A stretch of DNA of 64,000 bases from Proteobacteria bacterium CG1_02_64_396 (GTDB lineage Bacteria; Pseudomonadota; MNWR01; CG1-02-64-396): positions 33,849 through 97,848 of the forward strand of contig MNWR01000081.1 in assembly GCA_001872725.1 (NCBI GenBank), read 5' to 3'. The notes under the pieces were generated by a model that was not told where the DNA came from, made no database searches, and worked only from the letters and a program-made list of their open reading frames with translations. Below, one piece after another: positions 28,563 through 37,647 of the stretch (its first letter is position 1; the number at the start of each line of letters is the position of its first letter). The position numbers and the translations under genes are program-made.

Positions 28563-29881
28563 CCCCGCTGCCCCAGGATCCCCTGGTCGCCCGCCTCTGG
28601 CCCGAGGTGGCCTGGTTGATCCAGCGCTTTCCCTCCGGCGCGTTGGTCGCATGTTCGGGTGGGGGCGATTCCTGCGCCCTGCTCGATCTCATGGCCCAAT
28701 GGGCTCTTAAGGGCCAATGGCCCTGGGCGGTGGCGACCTTCGACCACGGCCTGCGCCCCGAGGCGGCGGTCGAGGCGCGCTGGGTCGCAACCCAATGCAA
28801 CACCTACGGCGTCGACCATTTTCTGCTGCATCCCCCCACCCCCCTGCACGATCTTCCTGGCAATCTTGCCGACAACGCCCGTCGCCTGCGCTATGAGGCG
28901 CTTGGCCGCTGTGCCCGCGATCTCGGGTTTTCGGTGGTGCTCACCGCCCACCATCTTGACGACCGCATCGAGGGGATGTTGATGGCGCTGCTGCGCGGCG
29001 GCTCCCCCCAAGCCTTAGCCCCCCAACCCCCCTTACGCCCCCTGGAGGGCGATCTGTGGTTGGCCCGCCCCCTCAACAACGTGGGTCGCGGCGAACTGCG
29101 TGCCTACCTAGGGGGTCGCCATCTGCCCTGGCTGGAGGATCCTTCCAACAGCTCTACCCATACCGGGCGGGGATCGGCGCGCCACCGCTTGCTCCCTTGG
29201 CTAGAACACAATCAACCGGGGGCGCGCGAGGGTCTGGCCGCCAGCCTGAGCATGTTGTCCCAACAATTGCAGCGGGACGAACGGGCGGCCCTTCCCCAAA
29301 CAAGATGGCATTGGTGGCGGCGCGATCCGGCGCTTTCCCCCCGACAAGCCATGGCTGGATTGGGCTTGGGGGTCGCCCTCTCGGGCCGTGAGGAGCGGGA
29401 AATCCTTACCCGCTGGACCCGTTCCGAAGGTCGCTGGGACAAGCCCGGTTTAACCTTGCTGTGGCACGGCAATTGGGCTGGATGGGGCAGGGGGGGGCTG
29501 CAGCCCTGGCAAGAAGGGGTGTGGAAGGAAGATCAATCTGTTTTCGACTTGGGCGATTGGGGTTACCTCTGGCGTGACGGCGGGGCGGGGTTGGCCGCCC
29601 CCCCCCATCCTTATTGGGGACGGCTGATTTGGCTTGCGGCAACGACTTGGCAGGTTAAGGTGGCGCCACCGCAACATCCCTGGCCCGCAGGCCGCTCGAA
29701 GGTGGTGGCTCGCCATCTTCAGGGTGGCTTGCTCCCCCGCTGGCTGCGGGCCCCCTTTCCCGCCCTGGGTTCGATGGAGGGAGCGATCTTGGCACTGCCG
29801 GGCATTGCGTCCGCCCGCCACGAAGGACAAGGGGTTCGGGTTGGATGGTGCCCCCCATGGTGGCGGCTGGGGAGACGCTGA
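28559..29881 (+). CDS. tilS: tRNA(Ile)-lysidine synthetase
   Basis: PP-loop SGGGDS (LVACSGGGDSCALLDL) and TilS N-terminal architecture. TTG start overlaps the mlaB stop (TTGA). 440 aa. Confidence 0.75.
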   Translation: MTPLPQDPLVARLWPEVAWLIQRFPSGALVACSGGGDSCALLDLMAQWALKGQWPWAVATFDHGLRPEAAVEARWVATQCNTYGVDHFLLHPPTPLHDLPGNLADNARRLRYEALGRCARDLGFSVVLTAHHLDDRIEGMLMALLRGGSPQALAPQPPLRPLEGDLWLARPLNNVGRGELRAYLGGRHLPWLEDPSNSSTHTGRGSARHRLLPWLEHNQPGAREGLAASLSMLSQQLQRDERAALPQTRWHWWRRDPALSPRQAMAGLGLGVALSGREEREILTRWTRSEGRWDKPGLTLLWHGNWAGWGRGGLQPWQEGVWKEDQSVFDLGDWGYLWRDGGAGLAAPPHPYWGRLIWLAATTWQVKVAPPQHPWPAGRSKVVARHLQGGLLPRWLRAPFPALGSMEGAILALPGIASARHEGQGVRVGWCPPWWRLGRR

Positions 29882-30143
29882 TTCAATGCAGGATGCCTTT
29901 AATCGGCGATTCTCTAGGATTCTCTTGAGAGGACCCCATGACCGTGTGTCTCTGATGCGACAGCCCCTCTTACGCTTTGTCACCCCCGCGCCTCCGGTTT
30001 TCTCGCGAGTGAAATCTTGACAGGTTTGCTCGGTTGACCGCCCCTTCGTGGGGGATGATGATCATCCCAACGGGTTTCGCTAATGAGGGTCCGAATTAGC
30101 ATTCAAAGTGTCCGAATACAAAAAGAGAAGAAAGGAGTCCCCC

Positions 30144-31412
30144 ATGGGTCAACTCATTCAGAAAAAGGCAAGTCCTAGGCTGAATACGGCCTTGGCAGTT
30201 ATGGCTACTGCGGTCTTGGTTGCCTCGTGTGGTCCCCCCAAGTTGGATCTGTCGCAAAAACCCAACTGGACCCCGGTGCGTGACACGATGGTGCTTCCGG
30301 GCGGCGCTGTGGCCTATACCGGCGACACCTACCGAGTGGCGGTCATGCCGTTTGCCAACACCACCGCCTTGGCGGGGACGGTGAACCAAAATCAAAGCCA
30401 GACCGTGACCGATTCGGTGTCGGCCTCCAGGACCACCCATGCCGAGGCCAACGTGGTCGGCATCGTTGCCGCCCCCGGCGCTGTGGGGATTGGCCATGTC
30501 GGGGTCTCCCAGACCAACACCGTCGGGGCCAGCCATACCGATGCGCGCACCAAGGGTGAGAGCTCCTCGTTCGAGGTGCAGATTGGCAATGTGGCGACCG
30601 ACGCCATGATTAAGGAGTTGGTCAACCTGGGCGGGGTCAAGATCTTTACCCGGACCGAGCTCGACAAGGTGATGAACGAGCAACGGTTCCAGATGTCGGG
30701 GATGGTCCCTGATGATCAGATGATCCAGTTCGGTAAAATGGCGGGGCTGACCCACGTGATTACCGGTACCGTTTCCAACATCAAAAAGGAGTTCGTCGAG
30801 CAGACCTCTGTCGAAACGGACCGTGATGACTCGGGCGGGGCGATGCTCCTCAAGGGGGCTTTCAACGCATATTCCGCAGCCTCCTCGGGCTGGAACGTCG
30901 ATGTTGAGGTGCAGGTACGCATCATCAACGTGCAGACCGGCGAGATCGAATTTGCCGACAAGCTGATCGGCCACGAGGCGGGCAGCGCCGATCCGATGGC
31001 CGGCTCCGATGTGATTTTGGGGATTGCCCAAGATGCTCTGGGTGAGGCGGTCGAGACCGCCAAGGCCCCTCTGTCGAAGATCTTCGCCCCCCAGGGTTAC
31101 CTCAAGCAGGTTTACCTGCGCATCGACGAACCGGCGGTGGCCAATCTGAACCTGGGTGAGAAAGACGGGATCAAGCCCGGTCAGCAGATCGAGATCCTCT
31201 CCTTCGAGACCATCACCGATCCCATCACCGGTCAGAGTGAGGTCCAGAAGTACCGGGTTGCCACCATGACCATCGTCGATCCCATTCAGCCCCACGATGC
31301 TTGGGCCCAGATCGACGATGCTGCCAAGAGTGGTCTGCTCAAGGTCGGTATGCCATTCAAGCGGATGGAGCTTTCCAACGGCATGGGCGCAACCATGAAG
31401 GGGATGTTCTAA
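30144..31412 (+). CDS. CsgG-family-like outer-membrane lipoprotein with extended C-terminal region
   Basis: Lipobox LVASC after an N-terminal signal; AAAGGAG SD 6 nt before the ATG. CsgG-like motifs VAVMPFANTT and LGGVKIFTRTELDKVMNEQRFQMSGMV...GKMAGLTHVITGTV. About 150 aa longer than canonical CsgG. Confidence 0.5.
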   Translation: MGQLIQKKASPRLNTALAVMATAVLVASCGPPKLDLSQKPNWTPVRDTMVLPGGAVAYTGDTYRVAVMPFANTTALAGTVNQNQSQTVTDSVSASRTTHAEANVVGIVAAPGAVGIGHVGVSQTNTVGASHTDARTKGESSSFEVQIGNVATDAMIKELVNLGGVKIFTRTELDKVMNEQRFQMSGMVPDDQMIQFGKMAGLTHVITGTVSNIKKEFVEQTSVETDRDDSGGAMLLKGAFNAYSAASSGWNVDVEVQVRIINVQTGEIEFADKLIGHEAGSADPMAGSDVILGIAQDALGEAVETAKAPLSKIFAPQGYLKQVYLRIDEPAVANLNLGEKDGIKPGQQIEILSFETITDPITGQSEVQKYRVATMTIVDPIQPHDAWAQIDDAAKSGLLKVGMPFKRMELSNGMGATMKGMF

Positions 31413-31437
31413 ACCCTTTGCGCCGTGTTGAACCTCG

Positions 31438-31472
31438 GGCCGAGGGGGCGCGCAGCCTCCTCGGCCTTTTTT
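31438..31472 (+). terminator. Rho-independent terminator after the CsgG-like gene
   Basis: GGCCGAGG / CCTCGGCC 8-bp stem with a 13-nt loop, followed by TTTTTTG. Confidence 0.6.
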
Positions 31473-31500
31473 GTCGCAACCAGGATGAAAGGGGGCGCCC

Positions 31501-31707
31501 ATGATCGATCGCCATCGCAAGCTCGACGCCCTGTTTCAGGATTTTCCCGAGGCTCGGGAGGTCTTGAGGGAGCACGGCATCAACTGCGCAGAATGTATTG
31601 CCGTTTCGATGGATACCCTTGCCGACGTCTTTCGCATGTACAACCTTGACGGCGCTGCCCTCGAACGGGAGATGACCGCCCGCATTCAGGCCCGCACGCG
31701 CCCTTGA
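31501..31707 (+). CDS. DUF1858-like small CxxC protein (hybrid-cluster-protein-associated redox disulfide family)
   Basis: 68 aa; FQDFPEAREVLREHGINCAECIAVSMDTLADV matches the DUF1858 pattern. Stop overlaps the recG start. Confidence 0.5.
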   Translation: MIDRHRKLDALFQDFPEAREVLREHGINCAECIAVSMDTLADVFRMYNLDGAALEREMTARIQARTRP

Positions 31708-33557
31708 GCACCCTTCTTCCCCACGCCCCCCTTCCCGTCGACCCCCGCAGCCGCACCCGTGCGGCCAAGCTGGGGCTGCGCACGTTGGCAGACGCCCTGT
31801 TCTACCTGCCGCTGCGATACGAGGATTTACGCGCCCCGGTGCCGGTAGCCACTTTGCGCGAGGGGATGGAGGCGTTGGTGCGGGTGCGGGTGTTGCGCCA
31901 CAAAGAGGGGCAAAAAACGGTGCGGTTGGAGTGTGCCGACCCCGACAGCGGCGCCCCGTTGACGTTGGTTTTCTTCCAGCGCCTGGGTTGGGTACGTAAC
32001 GCCTTCCATGCCGGAACCATCCTGACCCTTCGGGGTAAGGTGCAGTGGTTTCGAGGTGAGCCTGAGATCGCCCAGCCCGAGATGCTTGATGGGGGAGATC
32101 TGGGGAAGATCCGCCCGGTTTACCCCAAGGTGGCCGGGGTGTCGCAGCAGTGGGTCCGTGATTTGATGGCTCGGGTTCTGGAGGCCATCGACGATTGGAA
32201 TTTGGCGGTTCCCCCCGGCGACACCGCCCCCGGATTGCCGAGCCTGGCGCAAGCGCTGCAAACCCTGCATCGCCCCGACGATTTGCCCTTGTCCGGCGCC
32301 GTTTTAGAGGCGCTTAAGGTTTGGGAGATCCGGCAGGTGTTGCAAACACTCAAAGCCCAGTGGGGACGGGCCCCCTCAGGCGCGACCCCCCTGGTCATTG
32401 CCGATAAGGCGCTGCAAGCCTGGCGGGAGGGGCGCCCCTTCACCCTGACCCAGGCCCAGGAGCGGGCCATCGCCGAGGTGCGCACCGATCTGGAACAAGA
32501 GCGTCCCATGCGCCGCCTGGTGGTGGGCGATGTGGGCTCGGGCAAAACCCAGGTGATTCTGGCCGCCAGTCTCATCGCAGCCCAGGCGGGGGGGCGCAGC
32601 GCCGTGATGCTCCCCACCGGCATTTTGGCCGAGCAAATTTTTGAAGAGGTGGCCGCCACCATCCCCGAGGCGGCCTTGATTACCCGCACCGAGGAGCGGG
32701 GGGCGCCGCTGGATCGGGCCAAGGTGGTGGTCGGCACCCATGCCCTGCTCCACCGCGACCTGCCCCCTCTCAATCTGGTGGTGATCGACGAGCAACACCG
32801 CTTCGGCACCCAGCAGCGCCAGCAGTTGCTGGAACGTCACCCCGGCGCTCACGCCTTGCAGCTGTCGGCCACCCCCATTCCCCGCACCATGGGGCTGTTT
32901 CTTTCCCAGGCGTTGAGCCTAAGCGTGATCGACCAGGCGCCGGTGCGGCGTGCCATCGCCACCCAGGTGCTGGCCCGCCATCAGCTGCCGAGCATGTTCG
33001 CCCGCATCGAGGCCGAGATCGCCCTGGGTCATCAGGTCTTCGTCATCTACCCCACCATCGAGGGGGGGGAGGAGGATGTGGCCGACCTGAAACGGGGGCA
33101 CGCTTGGTTTGCCCAGCGTTACCCCGGCCAGGTCGAGATGACCTTCGGACGCGACCCCAACAAGGAGGTGACCCTGCGCCGCATGCGTCGGGAGGAATTC
33201 CAAATTTTGGTCACCACCTCGGTGGTTGAGGTGGGGATCAGCCTGCCCAAACTCACCGTGGTCGCCATTTCGGGGGCCGAGCGGATGGGGCTGGCAACCC
33301 TGCATCAGCTGCGCGGTCGCTTGGCTCGGGCGGGGCTGCCGGGCTGGTTTTACCTGCACAGCCACACCGATGAAGAGGTGCCCCGTTTGCGGCTGCTTGA
33401 AGAGACCCTCGACGGTTTTGCGATTGCCGAACAAGACATGAAGCTGCGCGGTTGGGGCGACCTGATCTCGGGGCTCGACCAAAGCGGGCAGCACCTGCGC
33501 TTTTTTAAACCCCAGCAAGATCTGCATCTGCTCGACAAGGTGATCGAACGTGGCTGA
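31704..33557 (+). CDS. recG: ATP-dependent DNA helicase RecG
   Basis: Wedge/OB N-terminal domain; helicase motifs VVGDVGSGKTQV, DEQHRFG, VTTSVVEVGISLPKLTVV, QLRGRLAR. 617 aa. Confidence 0.85.
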   Translation: MSTLLPHAPLPVDPRSRTRAAKLGLRTLADALFYLPLRYEDLRAPVPVATLREGMEALVRVRVLRHKEGQKTVRLECADPDSGAPLTLVFFQRLGWVRNAFHAGTILTLRGKVQWFRGEPEIAQPEMLDGGDLGKIRPVYPKVAGVSQQWVRDLMARVLEAIDDWNLAVPPGDTAPGLPSLAQALQTLHRPDDLPLSGAVLEALKVWEIRQVLQTLKAQWGRAPSGATPLVIADKALQAWREGRPFTLTQAQERAIAEVRTDLEQERPMRRLVVGDVGSGKTQVILAASLIAAQAGGRSAVMLPTGILAEQIFEEVAATIPEAALITRTEERGAPLDRAKVVVGTHALLHRDLPPLNLVVIDEQHRFGTQQRQQLLERHPGAHALQLSATPIPRTMGLFLSQALSLSVIDQAPVRRAIATQVLARHQLPSMFARIEAEIALGHQVFVIYPTIEGGEEDVADLKRGHAWFAQRYPGQVEMTFGRDPNKEVTLRRMRREEFQILVTTSVVEVGISLPKLTVVAISGAERMGLATLHQLRGRLARAGLPGWFYLHSHTDEEVPRLRLLEETLDGFAIAEQDMKLRGWGDLISGLDQSGQHLRFFKPQQDLHLLDKVIERG

Positions 33558-34581
33558 AGCCCCCGAGCTGTTGGTGACCGTCCCCTCCTGGGTCGGCGAT
33601 TGCGTCATGGCGATGCCGGCGTTGCGCCGCGCCATCGACGGCGGTCGGTGGTCCAAGGTGGGGGTGCTCGCTCGTCCCTGGGTCGCCCCTCTGTACAGGT
33701 TGGTCCCAGGGGTTGAGGTGGTGGTGATCGACGATGCCAAGGGACGTCATCGGGGGTTGAAGGGCCGGTTGACCTTGGCAAATGAGCTGCGCACCCAAGG
33801 GTGGAATACCGCGCTGCTGCTGCGCGGCGCCATCGACGCCGCTTTTGTCGTGTGGTGGGCGCGGATCCCCCACCGGGTAGGACATGGGGGTGAGGGGCGG
33901 GGGGTGCTGTTGACCCGATCGTTGCCCCTGACCCGCAAACAGTGGTGGCGGGGGCACCGCGCCAACCACTACCTCGATCTACTCCCCCTGCTTGAGATCG
34001 CTCGCCCCCCCTTGGAGCCCGACGGGCGCCCGACTCCGGTGCGCTGGCAACCCGACGCTGCGTTAACCCAGGCTGCCGCCGATTTGTTGGGTCCAGCGAC
34101 CGGAAGACGGGTCGGCTTTGCCCCCGGCGCCCAGTTTGGCGCCGCCAAGAAATGGGGAGCGGCCCGCTATCGGGCGGTGGCCGAGGCGTTGCTTGCCCAG
34201 GGGATCGAGGTCCATCTGTTTGGATCTCGCGACGACCAAGCCGAATGTGCGGCCGTCGCCCAGGGGCTGACTGGGGTGCGCGACTGGTCGGGCAAAACCG
34301 ACCTGGCCACTGCGATTGCCTTGATTGGGGCGATGGAGGGGTTCGTGGCCAACGATTCGGGGCTGATGCATGTGGCGGCCGCCTGGGGCATGCCGGTGGT
34401 GGCGATTTTTGGATCGACCCGGCCCGACTCGACCTCGCCGCTGGGACGGGCCGAAATCCTGATGCATCCGGTCGCATGCGCCCCCTGTTTGCAGCGCGAA
34501 TGTCGGGTGCCGGGGCAACCCTGCATGGCGGCGGTCGACCCCGACGAGGTGCTGGCCGCCCTGATGCGGGCGTTGGGATGA
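33550..34581 (+). CDS. waaF: ADP-heptose:LPS heptosyltransferase (GT9; WaaF/RfaF-like)
   Basis: GT9 N-terminal signature LVTVPSWVGDCVMAMPALRRA and C-terminal motif AIALIGAMEGFVANDSGLMHVAAAWGMPVVAIFGST. GTG start overlaps the recG stop. Confidence 0.7.
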   Translation: MAEAPELLVTVPSWVGDCVMAMPALRRAIDGGRWSKVGVLARPWVAPLYRLVPGVEVVVIDDAKGRHRGLKGRLTLANELRTQGWNTALLLRGAIDAAFVVWWARIPHRVGHGGEGRGVLLTRSLPLTRKQWWRGHRANHYLDLLPLLEIARPPLEPDGRPTPVRWQPDAALTQAAADLLGPATGRRVGFAPGAQFGAAKKWGAARYRAVAEALLAQGIEVHLFGSRDDQAECAAVAQGLTGVRDWSGKTDLATAIALIGAMEGFVANDSGLMHVAAAWGMPVVAIFGSTRPDSTSPLGRAEILMHPVACAPCLQRECRVPGQPCMAAVDPDEVLAALMRALG

Positions 34582-35309
34582 GGGCCATTGGACTGGCGCT
34601 GGGGCTGCTGTTGGGGGCGAGCGCCTGGGCCGACCCCTCACCCCTGGCGGGGGAGCGGCTGATTTTTGATCTGCACTACCTGGGGGTTCCGGCGGGGGTG
34701 GCCGAGATGCGGGTCGAGCCGGTCGACGCCGACGGGGCGACCGCGGTGGTGATCGAGGCCCGCTCCGCCGACTGGTTCAATTGGCTCTATCGGGTGCGTG
34801 ACACCATCGTCAGCACCACCATCTGGGGGGAGAAGGGGCTGCGCTCTCGGCGCTACAGCGTCGACTCAAAAGAGGGAAGCTACCGCAATTATAAAGAGCT
34901 GGTTTTCTCGTCCGACCAAGTCGTCGAGACCAACCCGAAAGAGACGCTCACCTTCCCAATTCCCCGACCCGCCCTCGACGCCGTCGACGGTTTCTACGCC
35001 CTGCGGATGGTGCCACTGAAGGTGGGGCAAACGGTCACCTTCCCGCTGTTCGACTCGCGCATCTTTTACGATTTAGAGATCGAGGTGGAGCGGCGCGAGG
35101 TGCGTAAAACCCCGTTCGGCCCCCAAACCCCCTGCGTGGTGGTGTTTCCCCGGCTCAAAAGCGAGGGAATTTTTCAGCGCAAGGGGGAGATGCGCATCTG
35201 GTTGACCGACGATGCCCGCCACATCCCGGTGCGGATGGAATCGAAGATCGCCATTGGCGCAGTGGTTGCAGAGTTGAGGCCCGACGGGTACCGTCCGCCC
35301 TTCCCGTAA
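34578..35309 (+). CDS. Secreted hypothetical protein (DUF3108-like)
   Basis: ATG at 34578 overlaps the waaF stop (ATGA). Signal peptide MRAIGLALGLLLGASAWADP. The ORF's longer upstream extension overlaps waaF and is rejected. Family guess only. Confidence 0.35.
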   Translation: MRAIGLALGLLLGASAWADPSPLAGERLIFDLHYLGVPAGVAEMRVEPVDADGATAVVIEARSADWFNWLYRVRDTIVSTTIWGEKGLRSRRYSVDSKEGSYRNYKELVFSSDQVVETNPKETLTFPIPRPALDAVDGFYALRMVPLKVGQTVTFPLFDSRIFYDLEIEVERREVRKTPFGPQTPCVVVFPRLKSEGIFQRKGEMRIWLTDDARHIPVRMESKIAIGAVVAELRPDGYRPPFP

Positions 35310-35350
35310 TTGAGGTTTTTCCTGCCTTTTTTCCCCCCAGGATATCGCTG

Positions 35351-36703
35351 ATGAGCATGCGTATCGCCGTGGTCGGCACCGGCTATGTGGGCTTGGTGAC
35401 CGGCACCTGCTTGGCCGATTTGGGCCACCGTGTCGCCTGCATCGACATCGACCCCCGCAAGATCGAGGGGCTCAAACAGGGGCAAATCCCCATTTACGAA
35501 CCCGGTTTGGATGATCTGGTCCGGCGCAACGCCAAGGCTGGCCGCTTGAGCTTCACCACCGATTATGAAGAGGGACTCACCGGGGCCGAGGTCGTCTTCA
35601 TTGCGGTGGGTACCCCCCCCGGAGAAGACGGTTCAGCCGACCTGCAATACGTGCTGGCGGTGGCCAAGAAGATCGCCGAGGTGATCGACCACGACGCGGT
35701 GATTGTTGACAAATCGACCGTACCGGTGGGGACCGCCGATCAGGTGCGGGCGGTGCTGACCCAAACCCTGGAGGCGAGGGATTCCAGCCTCAGCCTCACC
35801 GTGGTCAGCAACCCCGAGTTTCTCAAAGAGGGGGCGGCGGTTGAGGACTTCATGCGCCCCGACCGGGTGGTGGTGGGGGCCGATGAGCCCGAATCGCGCT
35901 TGGTCATGGAGCGGCTCTACGCCCCCTTGGTGCGCAACGGCCATCCGGTGTTGGTGATGGATGTGCGCAGCGCCGAGATGACCAAATACGCCGCCAACGC
36001 CATGCTCGCCACCCGCATCAGTTTCATGAACGAAATCGCCCTTCTCTGCGAGCGGCTGGGGGCCGATGTCGAGATGGTGCGCCGCGGCATCGGCACCGAC
36101 CGGCGTATCGGCATGCCCTTCCTCTATGCCGGAGTCGGTTACGGCGGCTCGTGCTTTCCCAAAGATGTGCAGGCGCTGGTCCACATGATGAGTGACGCTG
36201 GTCTGCCCGGTGCGGTGGTCAACGCGGTCGAGGCGGCCAACAAGGCGCAGCGGCAATGGTTCATCGAGCGCATCGCCGTCACCCTGGAATCGCTGCACGG
36301 CAAGAAAATCGCGGTGTGGGGACTGGCGTTCAAACCCAACACCGACGACCTACGCGAAGCCCCCGCCTTCGACGTCATCCGCGCCCTGCTCGACGGTGGC
36401 GCGCAGGTTGCCGCCTACGATCCGGTGGCGGTCCCCGGTTTTCGCCGCGAGGGGTTCGAGCACCCCAATCTCACCCTGGTCGAAGAGGAGGGTTACGCCG
36501 CGCTGGAGTCTGCCGACGCCCTGGTGCTGCTGACCGAGTGGAAAGAGTTCCAAGTTCCCGACCGCGACCGCATGGCGGCCTTGATGAACGACAAACTCGT
36601 CTTCGATGGGCGCAACCAGTACGACCCCTGGGAGTGGGCAGCCGAGGGTTGGCGGGTACTTGGCATCGGTCGTCCGCAAATTGAACCGGAGTTTTTGCCG
36701 TGA
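35351..36703 (+). CDS. ugd: UDP-glucose 6-dehydrogenase
   Basis: Rossmann fold MRIAVVGTGYVGLVTGTCLADLGH; catalytic GGSCFPKD; 450 aa. Confidence 0.9.
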   Translation: MSMRIAVVGTGYVGLVTGTCLADLGHRVACIDIDPRKIEGLKQGQIPIYEPGLDDLVRRNAKAGRLSFTTDYEEGLTGAEVVFIAVGTPPGEDGSADLQYVLAVAKKIAEVIDHDAVIVDKSTVPVGTADQVRAVLTQTLEARDSSLSLTVVSNPEFLKEGAAVEDFMRPDRVVVGADEPESRLVMERLYAPLVRNGHPVLVMDVRSAEMTKYAANAMLATRISFMNEIALLCERLGADVEMVRRGIGTDRRIGMPFLYAGVGYGGSCFPKDVQALVHMMSDAGLPGAVVNAVEAANKAQRQWFIERIAVTLESLHGKKIAVWGLAFKPNTDDLREAPAFDVIRALLDGGAQVAAYDPVAVPGFRREGFEHPNLTLVEEEGYAALESADALVLLTEWKEFQVPDRDRMAALMNDKLVFDGRNQYDPWEWAAEGWRVLGIGRPQIEPEFLP

Positions 36704-37647
36704 GCTTGAATGTATTGGTCACCGGCGGCGCCGGGTTTCTTGGCTCCAACCTGATCGACCGCCTGCTGGCCCAGAGGCACAAAGTCACCGTGCTCGACAA
36801 TCTGCAAACCGGGCGACTTGAAAACCTGGCTCACCTGCCCGAGGGGGCGATCCGCTTCATTCAAGGCGATGTGCGCGATCCGTTCCCCGAGCCGGAGCAA
36901 GGGGCGTGGGGGCAGATTTACCATCTGGCCTGCCCCGCCAGCCCCCCCCGCTATCAGGCCGATCCGGTCGGCACCTTCTTGATCGCCGCCATCGGCACCC
37001 TCAACGCCCTTGAGGCGGCGACCAAGGCCGGGTGCCGGGTGCTGATCGCCTCGACCTCCGAGGTCTACGGCGATCCCGAGGTCCATCCCCAAACCGAGTC
37101 CTACCGGGGGGCGGTCAATCCCATCGGTCCGCGTGCCTGTTACGACGAGGGCAAGCGGGGGGGGGAGACCTTGGCCTTCGATTACCACCGCGCCCGCGGC
37201 ACCGACATCGCCGTGGTGCGGATCTTCAACACCTACGGCCCGCGCATGGATCCCGCCGACGGACGGGTGGTGAGCAACTTCATCGTGCAGGCGCTCAAGG
37301 GCGAGCCGATCACCCTGTACGGTGGCGGTACCCAGAGCCGGTCGTTCTGCTACGTCGACGATCTGGTCGAGGGTTTGCTGCGGATGATGGCGACCCCCGG
37401 TTTTACCGGTCCGGTGAACCTGGGCAATCCCAACGAATTTACCGTCAAGGAGCTGGCCGAGGTCATCGGACGGGTGTTGGGCAAGGAGCTGACCTTCGAG
37501 GATCGCCCCCTGCCTCAGGACGATCCCTTGCAACGCCAGCCGGTGATCGCGGTGGCCGCCGAAAAGCTCGGTTGGGCCCCCACCGTGCAGTTGGAGGAGG
37601 GAATCTCCCGCGCTGCCGCCTGGTTTCAGGAGAGCCTGAAGCTGTGA
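36700..37647 (+). CDS. UDP-glucuronate decarboxylase (UDP-xylose synthase-like SDR)
   Basis: VLVTGGAGFLGSNLIDRLL; the YxxxK region ACYDEGKRGGE typical of the UXS/ArnA-decarboxylase subfamily. GTGA overlap with ugd. Confidence 0.7.
   Translation: MSLNVLVTGGAGFLGSNLIDRLLAQRHKVTVLDNLQTGRLENLAHLPEGAIRFIQGDVRDPFPEPEQGAWGQIYHLACPASPPRYQADPVGTFLIAAIGTLNALEAATKAGCRVLIASTSEVYGDPEVHPQTESYRGAVNPIGPRACYDEGKRGGETLAFDYHRARGTDIAVVRIFNTYGPRMDPADGRVVSNFIVQALKGEPITLYGGGTQSRSFCYVDDLVEGLLRMMATPGFTGPVNLGNPNEFTVKELAEVIGRVLGKELTFEDRPLPQDDPLQRQPVIAVAAEKLGWAPTVQLEEGISRAAAWFQESLKL

Noticed and set aside
30096-31520. 474-aa minus-strand ORF overlapping the CsgG-like gene; similar long antisense ORFs at 22500..23489(-), 6335..7168(-), 11372..12313(+), 11934..13082(-), 15838..16905(-), 36493..37677(-), 39312..40388(-), 2048..2863(-), 41335..42303(-), 43418..44611(-), 45444..46226(-), 48233..49267(-)
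   Set aside because: These are typical high-GC antisense open frames. Their translations are Arg/Pro/Gly-rich, low-complexity and motif-free, while the opposite-strand genes have clear family signatures, signal peptides, SDs and operon coupling.
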